Assembly: GCA_038133485.1 (NCBI GenBank)
Contig: JAYPTH010000004.1
Location: forward strand, 1,023 to 65,022
Length of the DNA stretch: 64,000 nt
Reading direction: 5' to 3'
Source: Gammaproteobacteria bacterium
Lineage (GTDB): Bacteria; Pseudomonadota; Gammaproteobacteria; Magnimaribacterales; TMED112
The translations under genes and the position numbers were made by a program. Shown one piece after another: positions 1 to 10,309 of the stretch. The first letter of the stretch is position 1. Every line of letters starts with the position of its first letter. The notes below the pieces were generated by a model that worked only from the letters and a program-made list of their open reading frames with translations, did not search any database and was not told where the DNA came from.

Positions 1-242
1 GTGTAGTCCAATAAATCACTAATTTCCTTAAAGCCAAAATCCTTTATATCTAAGTCTGTAAAGATTGAAACTGATTGTGGAACTTCACTAATTGGAGTCG
101 GTGTTTTAAGAGCTAAAATTTTATCAGATTGCAGTATAGTGCCTTTAATGACGACTTCTTCAACATCCTTTTTATTATCAACATCAGCATAATGAATTAG
201 TGATATCAAAAACAAAAAAATGATTTTTAAGCTAACTTTCAT
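1..242 (-). CDS. TonB-dependent (siderophore-type) receptor, N-terminal part; runs off the window
   Basis: Manual translation from ATG at 242: MKVSLKIIFLFLISLIHYADVDNKKDVEEVVIKG...KTPTPISEVPQSVSIF. Signal peptide, TonB-box-like EEVVIKG and plug-start PQSVS motif; Fur boxes directly upstream. Not in the ORF track. Confidence 0.85.
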   Translation of the reverse strand, partial: MKVSLKIIFLFLISLIHYADVDNKKDVEEVVIKGTILQSDKILALKTPTPISEVPQSVSIFTDLDIKDFGFKEISDLLDY

Positions 243-253
243 GGAATTTATCT

Positions 254-272
254 AATGAGAATGATTCTCATT
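254..272. promoter_or_regulatory. Fur box 1
   Basis: Perfect 9-1-9 palindrome AATGAGAAT-G-ATTCTCATT upstream of the TonB receptor; matches the gammaproteobacterial Fur consensus. Confidence 0.85.
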
Positions 273-282
273 TGGCTATACT

Positions 283-301
283 AATGAGAATGATTCTCAT
301 T
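283..301. promoter_or_regulatory. Fur box 2
   Basis: Identical palindrome; part of a 23-bp direct repeat (252-274 = 281-303). Confidence 0.85.
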
Positions 302-347
302 TGCAACATAAGTAGGAAAAAAAAGAAAAATTAATTTATTATTAGCT

Positions 348-1514
348 ATGGGTTCAGATTATTTATCAAATAAAACTAGAGGTTTTTTACCAAATGAGGA
401 TCCTTTAAGATCTGTAAAAAACTCATCTCAGGCTACTAATCTAATCGCTAACATTTCATCAGAACTACCAAAACTTCTACTAACTAATAAAATTCGACCA
501 ACGATTGATAAATTGGATAAAGATGAGCTTTCGTTCAGTCTGGATGATTATGATCAAGCCGATTTAAATCTTTTATTTGCTCAATTATCCTTTGTTTCCC
601 ATGCTTATGTTTGGGGTGATCTGAAACCAACTAAAACCCTGCCTGCCTGTATTGCTAAACCTTGGGTCAGTCTAGCTGAGCACTTTGACCGCCCTCCTAT
701 ATTGAGTTATGCATCTTATTGTTTACATAATTGGTACAAAATTGATAGTAAAGAAGATATATCTCTCGACAATGTTGCTTTGATCAATAATTTCCTAGGA
801 GGAATAGATGAAGATTGGTTCGTAACAATTCATGTTTGTATTGAAAACGCAGCTAGTCCAGCCATTGGAGCTGCTGCCAATATTGTTAAAAATAAACTTT
901 GGGCAAATGAAGATCTGCTAATAGAGCAACTTAAAATTATTAATGCTTCGATGAATGAAGTTAATAAAATCTTTAGGTTGATGCCCGATAAATGTGATCC
1001 TTATATTTATTATCACCGGGTGCGTCCGTATATTTTTGGCTGGAAGAACAATCCAGATTTACCGGAAGGATTAATTTACGAGGGCTCTTATAACAATCAA
1101 CCACAACTCTTTAGAGGGGAGACTGGGGCTCAAAGCTCAATCATTCCAACATTGGATGCATTATTTTCAGTTCACCACGAAAGAGATGAGTTAAGAGATT
1201 ATTTAGATGAAATGAAGCTATATATGCCAAAAGAACATAGAGATTTTATTGAAATAATTGCTTCAGAAACAAAAGTAAAAGAAGCCATTAAAGAAAACCA
1301 AAAGTTAAGCGACCTTGTAAATTTATGTTTAGATGAAATGTCACAATTTAGATCGCAACATCTTCAATACGCGGCTGATTATATACACAAGCAAAGTGTA
1401 AAGACCACTTTATTTGGCACAGGAGGCTCCACAGTAAGAGGCACGGGCGGCACTCCATTTATGAAATATCTTAAGAAGCACCGAGACGAAACAGATAAAT
1501 CAAAACAATCATAA
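348..1514 (+). CDS. Indoleamine 2,3-dioxygenase family heme enzyme
   Basis: IDO-family motifs HAYVWG, RPPILSYA, EDWFVTIHV, YHRVRPY, GETGAQSS, YMPKEHR, FRSQH, GTGGT. Confidence 0.85.
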   Translation: MGSDYLSNKTRGFLPNEDPLRSVKNSSQATNLIANISSELPKLLLTNKIRPTIDKLDKDELSFSLDDYDQADLNLLFAQLSFVSHAYVWGDLKPTKTLPACIAKPWVSLAEHFDRPPILSYASYCLHNWYKIDSKEDISLDNVALINNFLGGIDEDWFVTIHVCIENAASPAIGAAANIVKNKLWANEDLLIEQLKIINASMNEVNKIFRLMPDKCDPYIYYHRVRPYIFGWKNNPDLPEGLIYEGSYNNQPQLFRGETGAQSSIIPTLDALFSVHHERDELRDYLDEMKLYMPKEHRDFIEIIASETKVKEAIKENQKLSDLVNLCLDEMSQFRSQHLQYAADYIHKQSVKTTLFGTGGSTVRGTGGTPFMKYLKKHRDETDKSKQS

Positions 1515-1566
1515 TTTTTTGTATAAAAGCTATTGAAAAATTTATTTCTACAAGCAATATAGATAA

Positions 1567-3180
1567 ATGATTAAGAAAATTTTTACTGCTCTTACACTTG
1601 TTATTTTAACAGCATGTGGTGGAGGCGGTGGAGGCTCAGAGCCAGCACCAGTCCCTCAACCAACGCCAGCACCAACGCCAGCACCAACGCCAGCACCAAC
1701 GCCAGCACCAACGCCAGCGCCAACGCCTGAACCAGTTACCAATGTTACTTACAGCGATGACTTTGAAACATACTCATCAACCAACGAAAATTTAGCTCCT
1801 TGGGATGCCTATATTAATCAGTTTGATGGTGATGGAAATAGAACAGGAGGATATGCTGTAACTCCAGCACCAATAGCCGGTGATATTAGTGCTCTAGTTG
1901 ATGAAGATAATAACTACGTCAATATCTATAGTAACTATCAGGACGGCACTCATAATGGAGGGTCTATTGAAGCTAATTTCTTTAGAGAGCTTGGTGAAGC
2001 AGAAGGATACATTACTCAAGATATGGTTGGCACTTACAGAATGTCATTTAGTGCAAAACATCCAGACTCAGATTCCAATAGGTGTGGAGGCACCAACGCA
2101 ACAAATGATGCAACTGGTGGCGTTTGTAAAGCCTTTATTAAAGTTTTAAATTCGGGAGACTTTTCTTCTCTGCTCTTTGAAACTACTGATACCACAGAAT
2201 TAACAACTGAATGGCAAACATTAACATTAGATTTTGAAATTACTGAAGGTATGGTTGGGCATATCTACCAATCAGGGTTTATGAATACAGCAGGCAACTA
2301 TGCTCCGACTGGGGTTCATTACGATAATGTCACTGTAGAATCTTATACACCAGAGCCAACACCAGCACCAGCTGCATCAGTTTGGATTAATGAATTTCAT
2401 TATGATAATGCTTCAACAGATGAAGGAGAGTTTGTAGAAGTTGCAGGAGCGGCAGGTACAGATTTAAGTGAATATAAAATAGTCTTCTATAACGGTAATG
2501 GGGGATCTAGTTATGGAGAAGAATCACTAAGTGGAACTTTAGCTGATCAATCTGGCGGCTATGGTACAGCTACAGTTGATAAGTCAGGCATACAAAACGG
2601 TGCTCCAGATGGTATAGCTTTAGTAGCGCCTGATGGCTCATGTTTACAATTCATAAGCTATGAAGGTCAAATGACTGCTTCTGGTGGTGCCTGTGATGGA
2701 CAAACTAGTGAAGAATTAAGTGTTAGTGAAGGTAGCAGCACGCCAGCCGGTGAATCATTACAGCTTTCTGGTTCTGGTACTAGTTATTCAGATTTTACTT
2801 GGGAAGGCCCTTTAACAAATACTAAGGGTGCAATAAACACCAACCAAACCTTTGGTGCTGGAACTTCCTCATATACTGTCACCAACGAAGGCAACGACTA
2901 CATTATTGACGATGTAAAGCATGCCAGTGTTAGTGTCAAACGTGGTTCAACTGTTGTTTTTGATACATCATACTTTGGTGGAGGCCATCCATTTAGGTTG
3001 AGTGTTACAGAAGACGGTAGATGGAATAATGGTGAGGAATACACCGATGGAGTTACCAGAGACGGTAATAACTCATTAACCTGGGTGGTGCCAGCAGATT
3101 ACAGTGGTGACACCATGTACTACTACTGCACACTCCATAGTGGTATGGCTGGTGCTGGAAAAATAAATATTATTGATTAA
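1567..3180 (+). CDS. Multidomain lipoprotein: Pro/Thr linker, beta-sandwich domain, lamin-tail-like domain, C-terminal cupredoxin-like domain
   Basis: Lipobox LTAC+GGGGGG; (PTPA)n linker; WINEFHYDN..D.GEFVEV (LTD-like); C-terminal HPF...YYYCTLHSGM. Confidence 0.7.
   Translation: MIKKIFTALTLVILTACGGGGGGSEPAPVPQPTPAPTPAPTPAPTPAPTPAPTPEPVTNVTYSDDFETYSSTNENLAPWDAYINQFDGDGNRTGGYAVTPAPIAGDISALVDEDNNYVNIYSNYQDGTHNGGSIEANFFRELGEAEGYITQDMVGTYRMSFSAKHPDSDSNRCGGTNATNDATGGVCKAFIKVLNSGDFSSLLFETTDTTELTTEWQTLTLDFEITEGMVGHIYQSGFMNTAGNYAPTGVHYDNVTVESYTPEPTPAPAASVWINEFHYDNASTDEGEFVEVAGAAGTDLSEYKIVFYNGNGGSSYGEESLSGTLADQSGGYGTATVDKSGIQNGAPDGIALVAPDGSCLQFISYEGQMTASGGACDGQTSEELSVSEGSSTPAGESLQLSGSGTSYSDFTWEGPLTNTKGAINTNQTFGAGTSSYTVTNEGNDYIIDDVKHASVSVKRGSTVVFDTSYFGGGHPFRLSVTEDGRWNNGEEYTDGVTRDGNNSLTWVVPADYSGDTMYYYCTLHSGMAGAGKINIID
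1660..1728 (+). repeat. 12-bp coding tandem repeat CCAACGCCAGCA (PTPA)
   Basis: Four exact units, one variant unit and one partial unit. Confidence 0.95.
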
Positions 3181-3539
3181 TTAACTGTAATAGTTATTTC
3201 ATCAGAATAAATTGGGCTGCTATGCGGAATGTGAACATAATTTCCAAGTAGCAGCCTTAATTTATAAACGCCCTTCTCTAAATTTAAAACAGTTTCTGTT
3301 TGTCCTTTTCCAAAATGTAAATGATTAGCATCAGCAGGAATTGGTTTAGTAAAATCTATAGGAAAATCTACATTTATTAATAGATGGTGATGGCCAGTCA
3401 TTTCTATATCATAACCAGCAGGAGCAACACCAAATTCCTTAAGACCAAATATTACAGTTACAGGACCAGAAAATTCTTGGCTATCTTTGGGTTCAATGAA
3501 ATATAAATTAGCTTCTGCTAAGACTAGGCTGCTAATCAA
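3177..3539 (-). CDS. DUF4399-family exported protein
   Basis: GHHHLLIN, HLHFGKGQTET, LLLGNYVHIPH motifs; TTG start is uncertain. Confidence 0.75.
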   Translation of the reverse strand: MISSLVLAEANLYFIEPKDSQEFSGPVTVIFGLKEFGVAPAGYDIEMTGHHHLLINVDFPIDFTKPIPADANHLHFGKGQTETVLNLEKGVYKLRLLLGNYVHIPHSSPIYSDEITITVN

Positions 3540-3544
3540 ATAAA

Positions 3545-4306
3545 CTAAAGCGATCCTTTTAATAATCCTTCTCCAATTAAGAACTTATTTATACCTTCCT
3601 TTTGATAAATATCCAAGGTTTCAACCTTAGAAAAACCAGATTCCGCAATAATGTTTATACTTTGCAAATCCTTAAAATAACGATGAAAAATTTCTAAAGC
3701 ATGCATATTATTGGTTTCTAATGTTTTAAGATTTCTGTTGTTAATGCCTACGTAGTCTAAATTTTGATTTAATACTTTGCTTAATTCCTGTTCTTCGTGA
3801 AATTCTAAAAGAACATCTAATTCAAGAGATTTAGCAACATTGATTAATTTATTCAACTCTTGTTCTGAAAGATATTCTGCAATTAAAAGAACACAGTCAG
3901 CTCCTATTGATTTGGTCTCATATAGTTGCCACTCATCAAAAATGAAATCTTTTCTTAAAATACTCAAATCAGTGTGTTTTGCAATTCCAGATAAATCATC
4001 TTTTTGTCCAAAAAAGTAACTCTCTTCAGTTAATACAGAAATATTTGTGTAGTCAGCCGACTCATAGGATTGAGCGATAGCAATTGGGTCGTAATCAATT
4101 TTAATTATTCCTGCTGAAGGTGAGCCTTTTTTAGTTTCAGCAATAATCTGATATTGATTATCTGATGTACTCAATGTGTTATAAAAGTTTTTATTTCTTG
4201 GTTCTTGTTGCGAAATTTTATCTATGAAATCATCAATGGAAATTAGCTTTTTACCAGCTTCTACATCCTTCCTTTTTGAGGCAAATATTTTATCTAGGTA
4301 ATCCAT
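3545..4306 (-). CDS. trpC: Indole-3-glycerol phosphate synthase
   Basis: IIAETKKGSPSAG, SVLTE, LRKDFI, GINNRNL, AESG. Confidence 0.95.
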   Translation of the reverse strand: MDYLDKIFASKRKDVEAGKKLISIDDFIDKISQQEPRNKNFYNTLSTSDNQYQIIAETKKGSPSAGIIKIDYDPIAIAQSYESADYTNISVLTEESYFFGQKDDLSGIAKHTDLSILRKDFIFDEWQLYETKSIGADCVLLIAEYLSEQELNKLINVAKSLELDVLLEFHEEQELSKVLNQNLDYVGINNRNLKTLETNNMHALEIFHRYFKDLQSINIIAESGFSKVETLDIYQKEGINKFLIGEGLLKGSL

Positions 4307-5307
4307 TGGTTTGTTGCTTTTGCATACATATTTAGTTTTAAAAGCACTTTTCCTGAAAGTAATTCTTTTTTAGCTAAACTGATGCCCTCCTCTAAGTTGC
4401 TAACAATGCCAAGCAAATATAAACAAAGACCTGAATTTAGGGCTACCATATCTAGTCCTGGGCCTCTTTTACCATTAAGGATTTCTATTCCAAAAAGATA
4501 AGCTTCCTCAAGAGAATTAACTTGTATATCTTCAATAGAACATGCATCAAAGCCATAATTTTTTGGGTCAAGCTCCCATTCGTTAATTTTGGCACCATTA
4601 ATCTCAGTAATAAATGTAGGCTCATGTACACAAACTTCATCTATATCTGAAAATGAAGTTACCACCATACCACGCTTAATACCGTTATTTTGTAGAGCTT
4701 TAGCCATATGTTTATTTAATTTCTTATCAGAAGTTCCAAGTAATTGAAATCTAGGTTTTGAAGGATTTACTAATGGGCCAAGTACATTAAAAATAGTTCT
4801 GACTCCAATATTTTTTCTTACTTCAGCTACATTTTTTATTTTTGGATGTTGATTTGGTGCAAATAAAAAAGCGATGTTCATAGATTTATAGATGTTTAAT
4901 AGTTGATCAGTCGGTGCTTGGAGATTAATCCCTGCACGTTCTAGAAAATCAGCACTTCCTGATTTACTAGTTATAGAGCGATTGCCGTGTTTAATAACTT
5001 TTCCACCACAAGCTGCTACTGTAAATGCTGACAGTGTAGAACAATTAAAGATAGACTTACCAGATCCCCCTGTCCCACAAGTATCTATATAATTGCTATC
5101 TAAATTTGAAGTAAATGTCGAAAACTTCAATACCTCTTTAGATAATGATGCTAAATGCTCATAGTTAATCCCTATTGAATTTAAAGTCAGCAATATTTTT
5201 TCTTTATCATCATATGAGCTATCTTCGCTTATTAGGTGCTCAAATATGAAAGACAATTCTGATTTATGCGCTTCAGGTGCTTTTAGAATATCAAGTAAAT
5301 TAAGCAT
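4294..5307 (-). CDS. trpD: Anthranilate phosphoribosyltransferase
   Basis: DTCGTGGSG, KHGNRSITSKSGSAD, RTIFNVLGPLVNP. Confidence 0.95.
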   Translation of the reverse strand: MLNLLDILKAPEAHKSELSFIFEHLISEDSSYDDKEKILLTLNSIGINYEHLASLSKEVLKFSTFTSNLDSNYIDTCGTGGSGKSIFNCSTLSAFTVAACGGKVIKHGNRSITSKSGSADFLERAGINLQAPTDQLLNIYKSMNIAFLFAPNQHPKIKNVAEVRKNIGVRTIFNVLGPLVNPSKPRFQLLGTSDKKLNKHMAKALQNNGIKRGMVVTSFSDIDEVCVHEPTFITEINGAKINEWELDPKNYGFDACSIEDIQVNSLEEAYLFGIEILNGKRGPGLDMVALNSGLCLYLLGIVSNLEEGISLAKKELLSGKVLLKLNMYAKATNQWIT

Positions 5308-5881
5308 ATTGATTTATAAAATTATCAATCAATTTAGATCCTTGTTCAGTAAATATAGATTCAGGATGAAATTGAATTCCGACTGTTGGGTACTTTTTAT
5401 GCTTTACAGCCATAATAGATTGATCGTCTTTTTCATCACACCAAGCCAATATCTCAAGTTCTGGTGATAAGCCCTCACGTGATATTACGAGGCTATGGTA
5501 GCGCATAACATGATATGGTTCTTTTACGTTTGTAAATATAGATGTTTTGGTGTGCTTAAGTAATGATGTTTTTCCATGCATTATATTATTTGCGATAGTA
5601 ATTTTGCTTCCAAATGCTGCACCAATACATTGGTGACCCAAACATATGCCTAGAATTGGTTTAATTTTATAAAAAGATTTAATTAGATCTAAACTTATAC
5701 CTGCATTATTAGGGTTTGATGGCCCTGGACCTATTACAAAAATTTCAAAATCTTTTTCAGCAAGCTCATCAATAGAAATTTCATCATTTCTAAATACTTG
5801 GACTTTATGATCAAGCATTAAAAGCTGGTGCTCAATATTAAAGGTAAAGGAATCATAATTATCAATAAGGCAAATTTTCAT
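5300..5881 (-). CDS. trpG: Anthranilate synthase component II (glutamine amidotransferase)
   Basis: IDNYDSFT, GPGP, GICLGHQ, RYHSL, QFHPES. Confidence 0.95.
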   Translation of the reverse strand: MKICLIDNYDSFTFNIEHQLLMLDHKVQVFRNDEISIDELAEKDFEIFVIGPGPSNPNNAGISLDLIKSFYKIKPILGICLGHQCIGAAFGSKITIANNIMHGKTSLLKHTKTSIFTNVKEPYHVMRYHSLVISREGLSPELEILAWCDEKDDQSIMAVKHKKYPTVGIQFHPESIFTEQGSKLIDNFINQYA

Positions 5882-7320
5882 ACGTATCTCAGAGCCTCTT
5901 TAAAAACCTTCAGTTTTGATTCGGTTTCTTCCCATTCTTTATCTGGATCTGAATCATGGACTATCCCTGCTCCTACACCAACTTTTACACAATCATCAAA
6001 ATGAATTCCTGTACGAATAACAATAGCTGTATCCAATGATCCATTGAACCCTAAGTATCCTACAGCACCACCGTATATACCCCGAGGTCTATTTTCAAGC
6101 TCACTCAGGATTTCCATTGCTCTAATTTTAGGTGCTCCACTCAGTGTGCCTGCAGGCAATGCAGCTTTCATGCAATCTATTTGAGAAACGTTTTGTTTAG
6201 CCTTACCTTTTACATTAGAAGTCATGTGCATTACGTGTGAGTATTTTTCTACAATCATCATCTCATCAACTTGAACTGTCCCTGCAATACATACTTTAGA
6301 AAGATCGTTTCTAGCCAGATCGACCAACATCATATGTTCTGATTTCTCTTTTTCATCTTCTATGAGATCTATCTTGTTAGTTAAGTCTTCAGATTTAGTT
6401 GAGCCTCTCTTTCTTGTTCCCGCTATGGGTCTGATAGTGACCTGATCATCTGATTTTTTTACTAATATTTCTGGAGATGAACCTATTATTCTGAAGTTCT
6501 TGAAGTTCATATAATACATATAAGGTGAAGGGTTAATTAAACGTAGTGCTCTATATAGAGTATATGGATCGTATAAGCCTTCAAAGGTAACTTCTTTAGA
6601 TAAAACAGCTTGCATAATCTCACCTTCTACAATTTGTTGTTTTATTTTTTTGACTTGTGATATGTATTCTTGTTGATCAACATTGGCTTCTGAGCTAACA
6701 AAATCAGTAGCAATATTTATATTTTGATTAACAGAGGGCTGCAAGCTAAAAATAGCTCTTTTTATTTCTGAAATTCTTTCTTTTGCAGCCTTATACCCTA
6801 GTTCATTCTGATCTTCGGTATTTACGATGATATAAAAAGTTCCCTTGAAGTTATCAAAAATAATTAACTCCTTACAGAGCATTAGAGAAATTAACGGAAT
6901 TTCTTGTTCTGGAAAAGAAACCCTAGATTCTATAAAAGAAAAAGATTCATAGCTGAAATATCCGACTAGACCGCCCAAAAAATCTGGAAGTGCATCAATT
7001 TTTGGGGAAGAATAAGATTTAGTAAGTTTATCTATATGGTCAAAAGCATTTATCACCCTATGTTTTGATATTTGAAGATCATTATGGATATGAACTTCAT
7101 CTTTAAAGTATTCATATTTAGTATTTGATGGCATGCTCATAATGGAATACCTGCCCTTTACTTCATGTGATTTAGCTGATTCAAATAAAAATGTGTTTTC
7201 TATATTATGAAAATTTGAGTAAACATAGAGTGGGCTAATTAAATCAGCAATAAATTCCTCATAAACAGGAATGTGTGTATATGATTGATTGCAGTATTTC
7301 AAAAATTGGTCTTTATCCAT
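5878..7320 (-). CDS. trpE: Anthranilate synthase component I
   Basis: NPSPYMY, GSSPE, RPIAGTRKRG, EHMMLVDLARND, PAGTLSGAPK. Confidence 0.95.
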   Translation of the reverse strand: MDKDQFLKYCNQSYTHIPVYEEFIADLISPLYVYSNFHNIENTFLFESAKSHEVKGRYSIMSMPSNTKYEYFKDEVHIHNDLQISKHRVINAFDHIDKLTKSYSSPKIDALPDFLGGLVGYFSYESFSFIESRVSFPEQEIPLISLMLCKELIIFDNFKGTFYIIVNTEDQNELGYKAAKERISEIKRAIFSLQPSVNQNINIATDFVSSEANVDQQEYISQVKKIKQQIVEGEIMQAVLSKEVTFEGLYDPYTLYRALRLINPSPYMYYMNFKNFRIIGSSPEILVKKSDDQVTIRPIAGTRKRGSTKSEDLTNKIDLIEDEKEKSEHMMLVDLARNDLSKVCIAGTVQVDEMMIVEKYSHVMHMTSNVKGKAKQNVSQIDCMKAALPAGTLSGAPKIRAMEILSELENRPRGIYGGAVGYLGFNGSLDTAIVIRTGIHFDDCVKVGVGAGIVHDSDPDKEWEETESKLKVFKEALRYV

Positions 7321-8092
7321 TTTTTATAGCTTTTAGAATAGGGTTAAGGAAATCTTTTATTTTGGTTTCAGAATTAGGCTCTCCAAGCAATTTTACAATA
7401 GCGCTACCAATTACAAAGCCATCTGCATGCTCTTTGAATTCATTGATTTGTTCTGAGCTATTTAAACCGAAACCAATTACTACTGGTAATTCGGTTTTTG
7501 CTCTTAGTTGCGTAATCTTTTGTAATACCTCTCTGGAATTAATATTGCCAGAACCCGTAACGCCTCTTTGACTTATAAAGTAAACAAAAGAAGGATCATT
7601 GCAAAGACATAATTCAATTTGATCTTCAGGGGTAGTAGGAGCAATTAATTGAATAAACTCAATATTGCTATCACGGAATTTTTTATATATATCTGTCTCA
7701 ACATATGGCAGATCAACAATTAGAAAACCATCTATATTGGCCTCTCTAGCTCTAGCAATGAATAAATCCAAATCTGGTGATATAAATGAATTTGTATAGC
7801 CCATTAAAATAATTGGTGTGTCATTGTTTTTTCTAAATTGGCTAATTATTTCTAATGCTTTGGATAAATTGAATCTCTTAGACAAGACATCATGATGAGC
7901 AGATTCAATTATTTTTCCTTCTGCTATAGGGTCTGAAAATGGTAGCCCGACCTCAATAAGATCAGCTCCTAGCTCATTAAGCAGATCTAATGTATTTGAA
8001 AAAGTTTCTTCATCAGGGTAATTAGCTACAACATACGGGATAAATGATTTTTGATTTAATTTTTTTAAACTGCCGAATTTATTTTTGATCAT
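7313..8092 (-). CDS. trpA: Tryptophan synthase alpha subunit
   Basis: [31 protein letters not shown]. Confidence 0.95.
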   Translation of the reverse strand: MIKNKFGSLKKLNQKSFIPYVVANYPDEETFSNTLDLLNELGADLIEVGLPFSDPIAEGKIIESAHHDVLSKRFNLSKALEIISQFRKNNDTPIILMGYTNSFISPDLDLFIARAREANIDGFLIVDLPYVETDIYKKFRDSNIEFIQLIAPTTPEDQIELCLCNDPSFVYFISQRGVTGSGNINSREVLQKITQLRAKTELPVVIGFGLNSSEQINEFKEHADGFVIGSAIVKLLGEPNSETKIKDFLNPILKAIKNG

Positions 8093-9245
8093 TTTGCATT
8101 ACCGAATATAAATCTTTATCACCACGACCAGACATATTTACAACTACATTGAGATCTTTATCTAAACTTGACAGTTTATGTAGATATGCAATTGCATGAG
8201 CTGTTTCCAAAGCTGGGATGATACCCTCAAGTTTTGAAGCTTTGTAAAATGCGTCTAATGCTTCACCATCATAGATTTTTACGTACTTGGCTCTTTTAAT
8301 TTCATCTAAATATGCATGTTCTGGACCGACACCTGGATAATCTAATCCAGCAGAAATACTAGATGTTTCAAGTATATTCCCATCATCTGATTGCAGAATT
8401 TTTGTTTTTGCACCATGCAGTACGCCTGTAGTTCCGTCTGAAATTGATGCACTTCCAACATCAAACTCATTTTTTCCACCTGCTTCAATGCCAATAAGCT
8501 CAACTTCTTTATCCTCTATGAATGGAAAAAATACCCCCATAGCATTAGAACCTCCACCCACACAAGCAATGATCATATCTGGTAGTGATCCAATTTGAGC
8601 AAGCGATTGCTCTTTTAACTCATAACCTGCTATCGCATTGAAATCACGCACTATTGTTGGATACGGATGGGGGCCAGTTACGCTACCAATAATATAGTGG
8701 GTATCATCGACATTTGTTACCCAATCTCGAATAGATTCATTCAATGCATCCTTAAGAGTAGCAGTACCGCTAGTAACGGGTATAACTTCAGCTCCTAGAG
8801 TTTTAATTTTAAAAACATTTAACTCTTGGCGGACAATGTCAGTTTGCCCCATATAAATCGTACAATCTAGGTCTAATTTTGCACATATCGTAGCTGTTGC
8901 AACACCATGTTGTCCTGCACCTGTTTCAGCGATAATGCGCTTCTTTCCGAGTTTTTTTGCTAATAATGCTTGTCCAACAGTGTTGTTGATTTTGTGTGCA
9001 CCTGTATGATTTAAATCTTCTCTTTTAAACCATATCTTTGGTCCACCAATGTAGTCAGTATATTTATTAGCAAAATATAAAGGTGATGGTCGCCCTACAT
9101 AATCTTTATATATAGAATTTAATTCTAGCTTGAACTCTTCATCAGTTTTGACTGAGTCATATAATTCATCTAATTCTCTTAAAGCATAAGATAAGGTTTC
9201 CGGTATGAATAATCCTCCAAACTCTCCAAAATAACCTTTATTCAT
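8079..9245 (-). CDS. trpB: Tryptophan synthase beta subunit
   Basis: [46 protein letters not shown]. Confidence 0.98.
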   Translation of the reverse strand: MNKGYFGEFGGLFIPETLSYALRELDELYDSVKTDEEFKLELNSIYKDYVGRPSPLYFANKYTDYIGGPKIWFKREDLNHTGAHKINNTVGQALLAKKLGKKRIIAETGAGQHGVATATICAKLDLDCTIYMGQTDIVRQELNVFKIKTLGAEVIPVTSGTATLKDALNESIRDWVTNVDDTHYIIGSVTGPHPYPTIVRDFNAIAGYELKEQSLAQIGSLPDMIIACVGGGSNAMGVFFPFIEDKEVELIGIEAGGKNEFDVGSASISDGTTGVLHGAKTKILQSDDGNILETSSISAGLDYPGVGPEHAYLDEIKRAKYVKIYDGEALDAFYKASKLEGIIPALETAHAIAYLHKLSSLDKDLNVVVNMSGRGDKDLYSVMQNDQK

Positions 9246-9831
9246 TGCGAAAATCCTTTAACATTGATAATTTTTTTGAATCTTTGATGCCTGGTGTTAC
9301 CTCTAAAGAAGAATTTAGATCTGCCCCCCAAACATTTAACTGATTTAGCCTTGTCAAATCAGCTATGTCAACACCACCAGCAATCATAAAATGAGATAAA
9401 TCTAAATTATCCAATAAGGACCAATCAAACTTTTTTCCAGTTCCTCCAAGTCCAGTGCTCATATTATCTAGTAAATAAACTGTATTTTTAATTGGTTTTA
9501 ATTGAGAAAGGTCATATTGTTTCATTCCTGTTGCTGAAATTGGCAAAAAATTCATGCCATTTGATATGAAACCTTCATATATGCCATATATCTGAAATGA
9601 TGATGACTTATTAAAACTTTGTATATGCTTAACTGTTTCCTTTGTCGGCTTATGTAATAGAGCAACAAATTTTTCATTCAAGCTATATTTCTTACACATA
9701 ACTTCGGCCCATTCCATTTCAACGCATCTGGGGCTTGATTCTATGAAGTTGAAACCTAAGTAATCGACGCTCATCTCCAAAAGGAGTTTAATATCTTCTT
9801 CTCGGGTTAACCCGCAAACTTTAATTCTCAT
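9238..9831 (-). CDS. trpF: Phosphoribosylanthranilate isomerase
   Basis: [28 protein letters not shown]. Confidence 0.93.
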   Translation of the reverse strand: MRIKVCGLTREEDIKLLLEMSVDYLGFNFIESSPRCVEMEWAEVMCKKYSLNEKFVALLHKPTKETVKHIQSFNKSSSFQIYGIYEGFISNGMNFLPISATGMKQYDLSQLKPIKNTVYLLDNMSTGLGGTGKKFDWSLLDNLDLSHFMIAGGVDIADLTRLNQLNVWGADLNSSLEVTPGIKDSKKLSMLKDFRNE

Positions 9832-9841
9832 TTAAAAAATT

Positions 9842-10270
9842 TTACTGCGGATCTATATCAGATTCAGATGAGCGACCTCGCCAACCTGCTTTGTCAAATA
9901 TTCTTAAGTAAACCAGCTGATCATGGTCACTTTCATTGATAATTTTTACGTAATCACCTTCTTCAGCTAACACTACATCACCAGCGGAAAGAGAGTATTC
10001 GTCTTTATGCATTATTCCATGTGATGGGTCAGTTCCATGTCCATCCTGACTATTTGCGTATTCAACAACTTCCATAATTCCTCGACCAGAAATAACAACA
10101 AAAACAACTTCACTTTCAAGCAGTCTATGCCCAAATGTTGACATATTAGGTTCAATAACAGTTTTACTTGCTATAAGCTTGCTTAAAAGGTCATTTGTCC
10201 AGACTGTGTAGTTATCTCCTTTTCTTTCAGGAACACCACCAACTCTAAAATTTACGTATTTTTTTGCCAT
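9842..10270 (-). CDS. Cupin-fold protein
   Basis: GH...E..FVVISGRG.M and LSAGDVV beta-barrel pattern. Confidence 0.65.
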   Translation of the reverse strand: MAKKYVNFRVGGVPERKGDNYTVWTNDLLSKLIASKTVIEPNMSTFGHRLLESEVVFVVISGRGIMEVVEYANSQDGHGTDPSHGIMHKDEYSLSAGDVVLAEEGDYVKIINESDHDQLVYLRIFDKAGWRGRSSESDIDPQ

Positions 10271-10309
10271 GAAAAGTTATTCTATCCAATTTTAAATAAA
10301 AAGAAATTA

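Noticed and set aside
252-303. CRISPR-like direct repeat
   Set aside because: Only two copies with a 6-bp gap and no cas genes; explained as Fur boxes.
1660-1728. Phase-variation repeat
   Set aside because: The 12-bp unit is in frame, so copy-number change alters linker length only.
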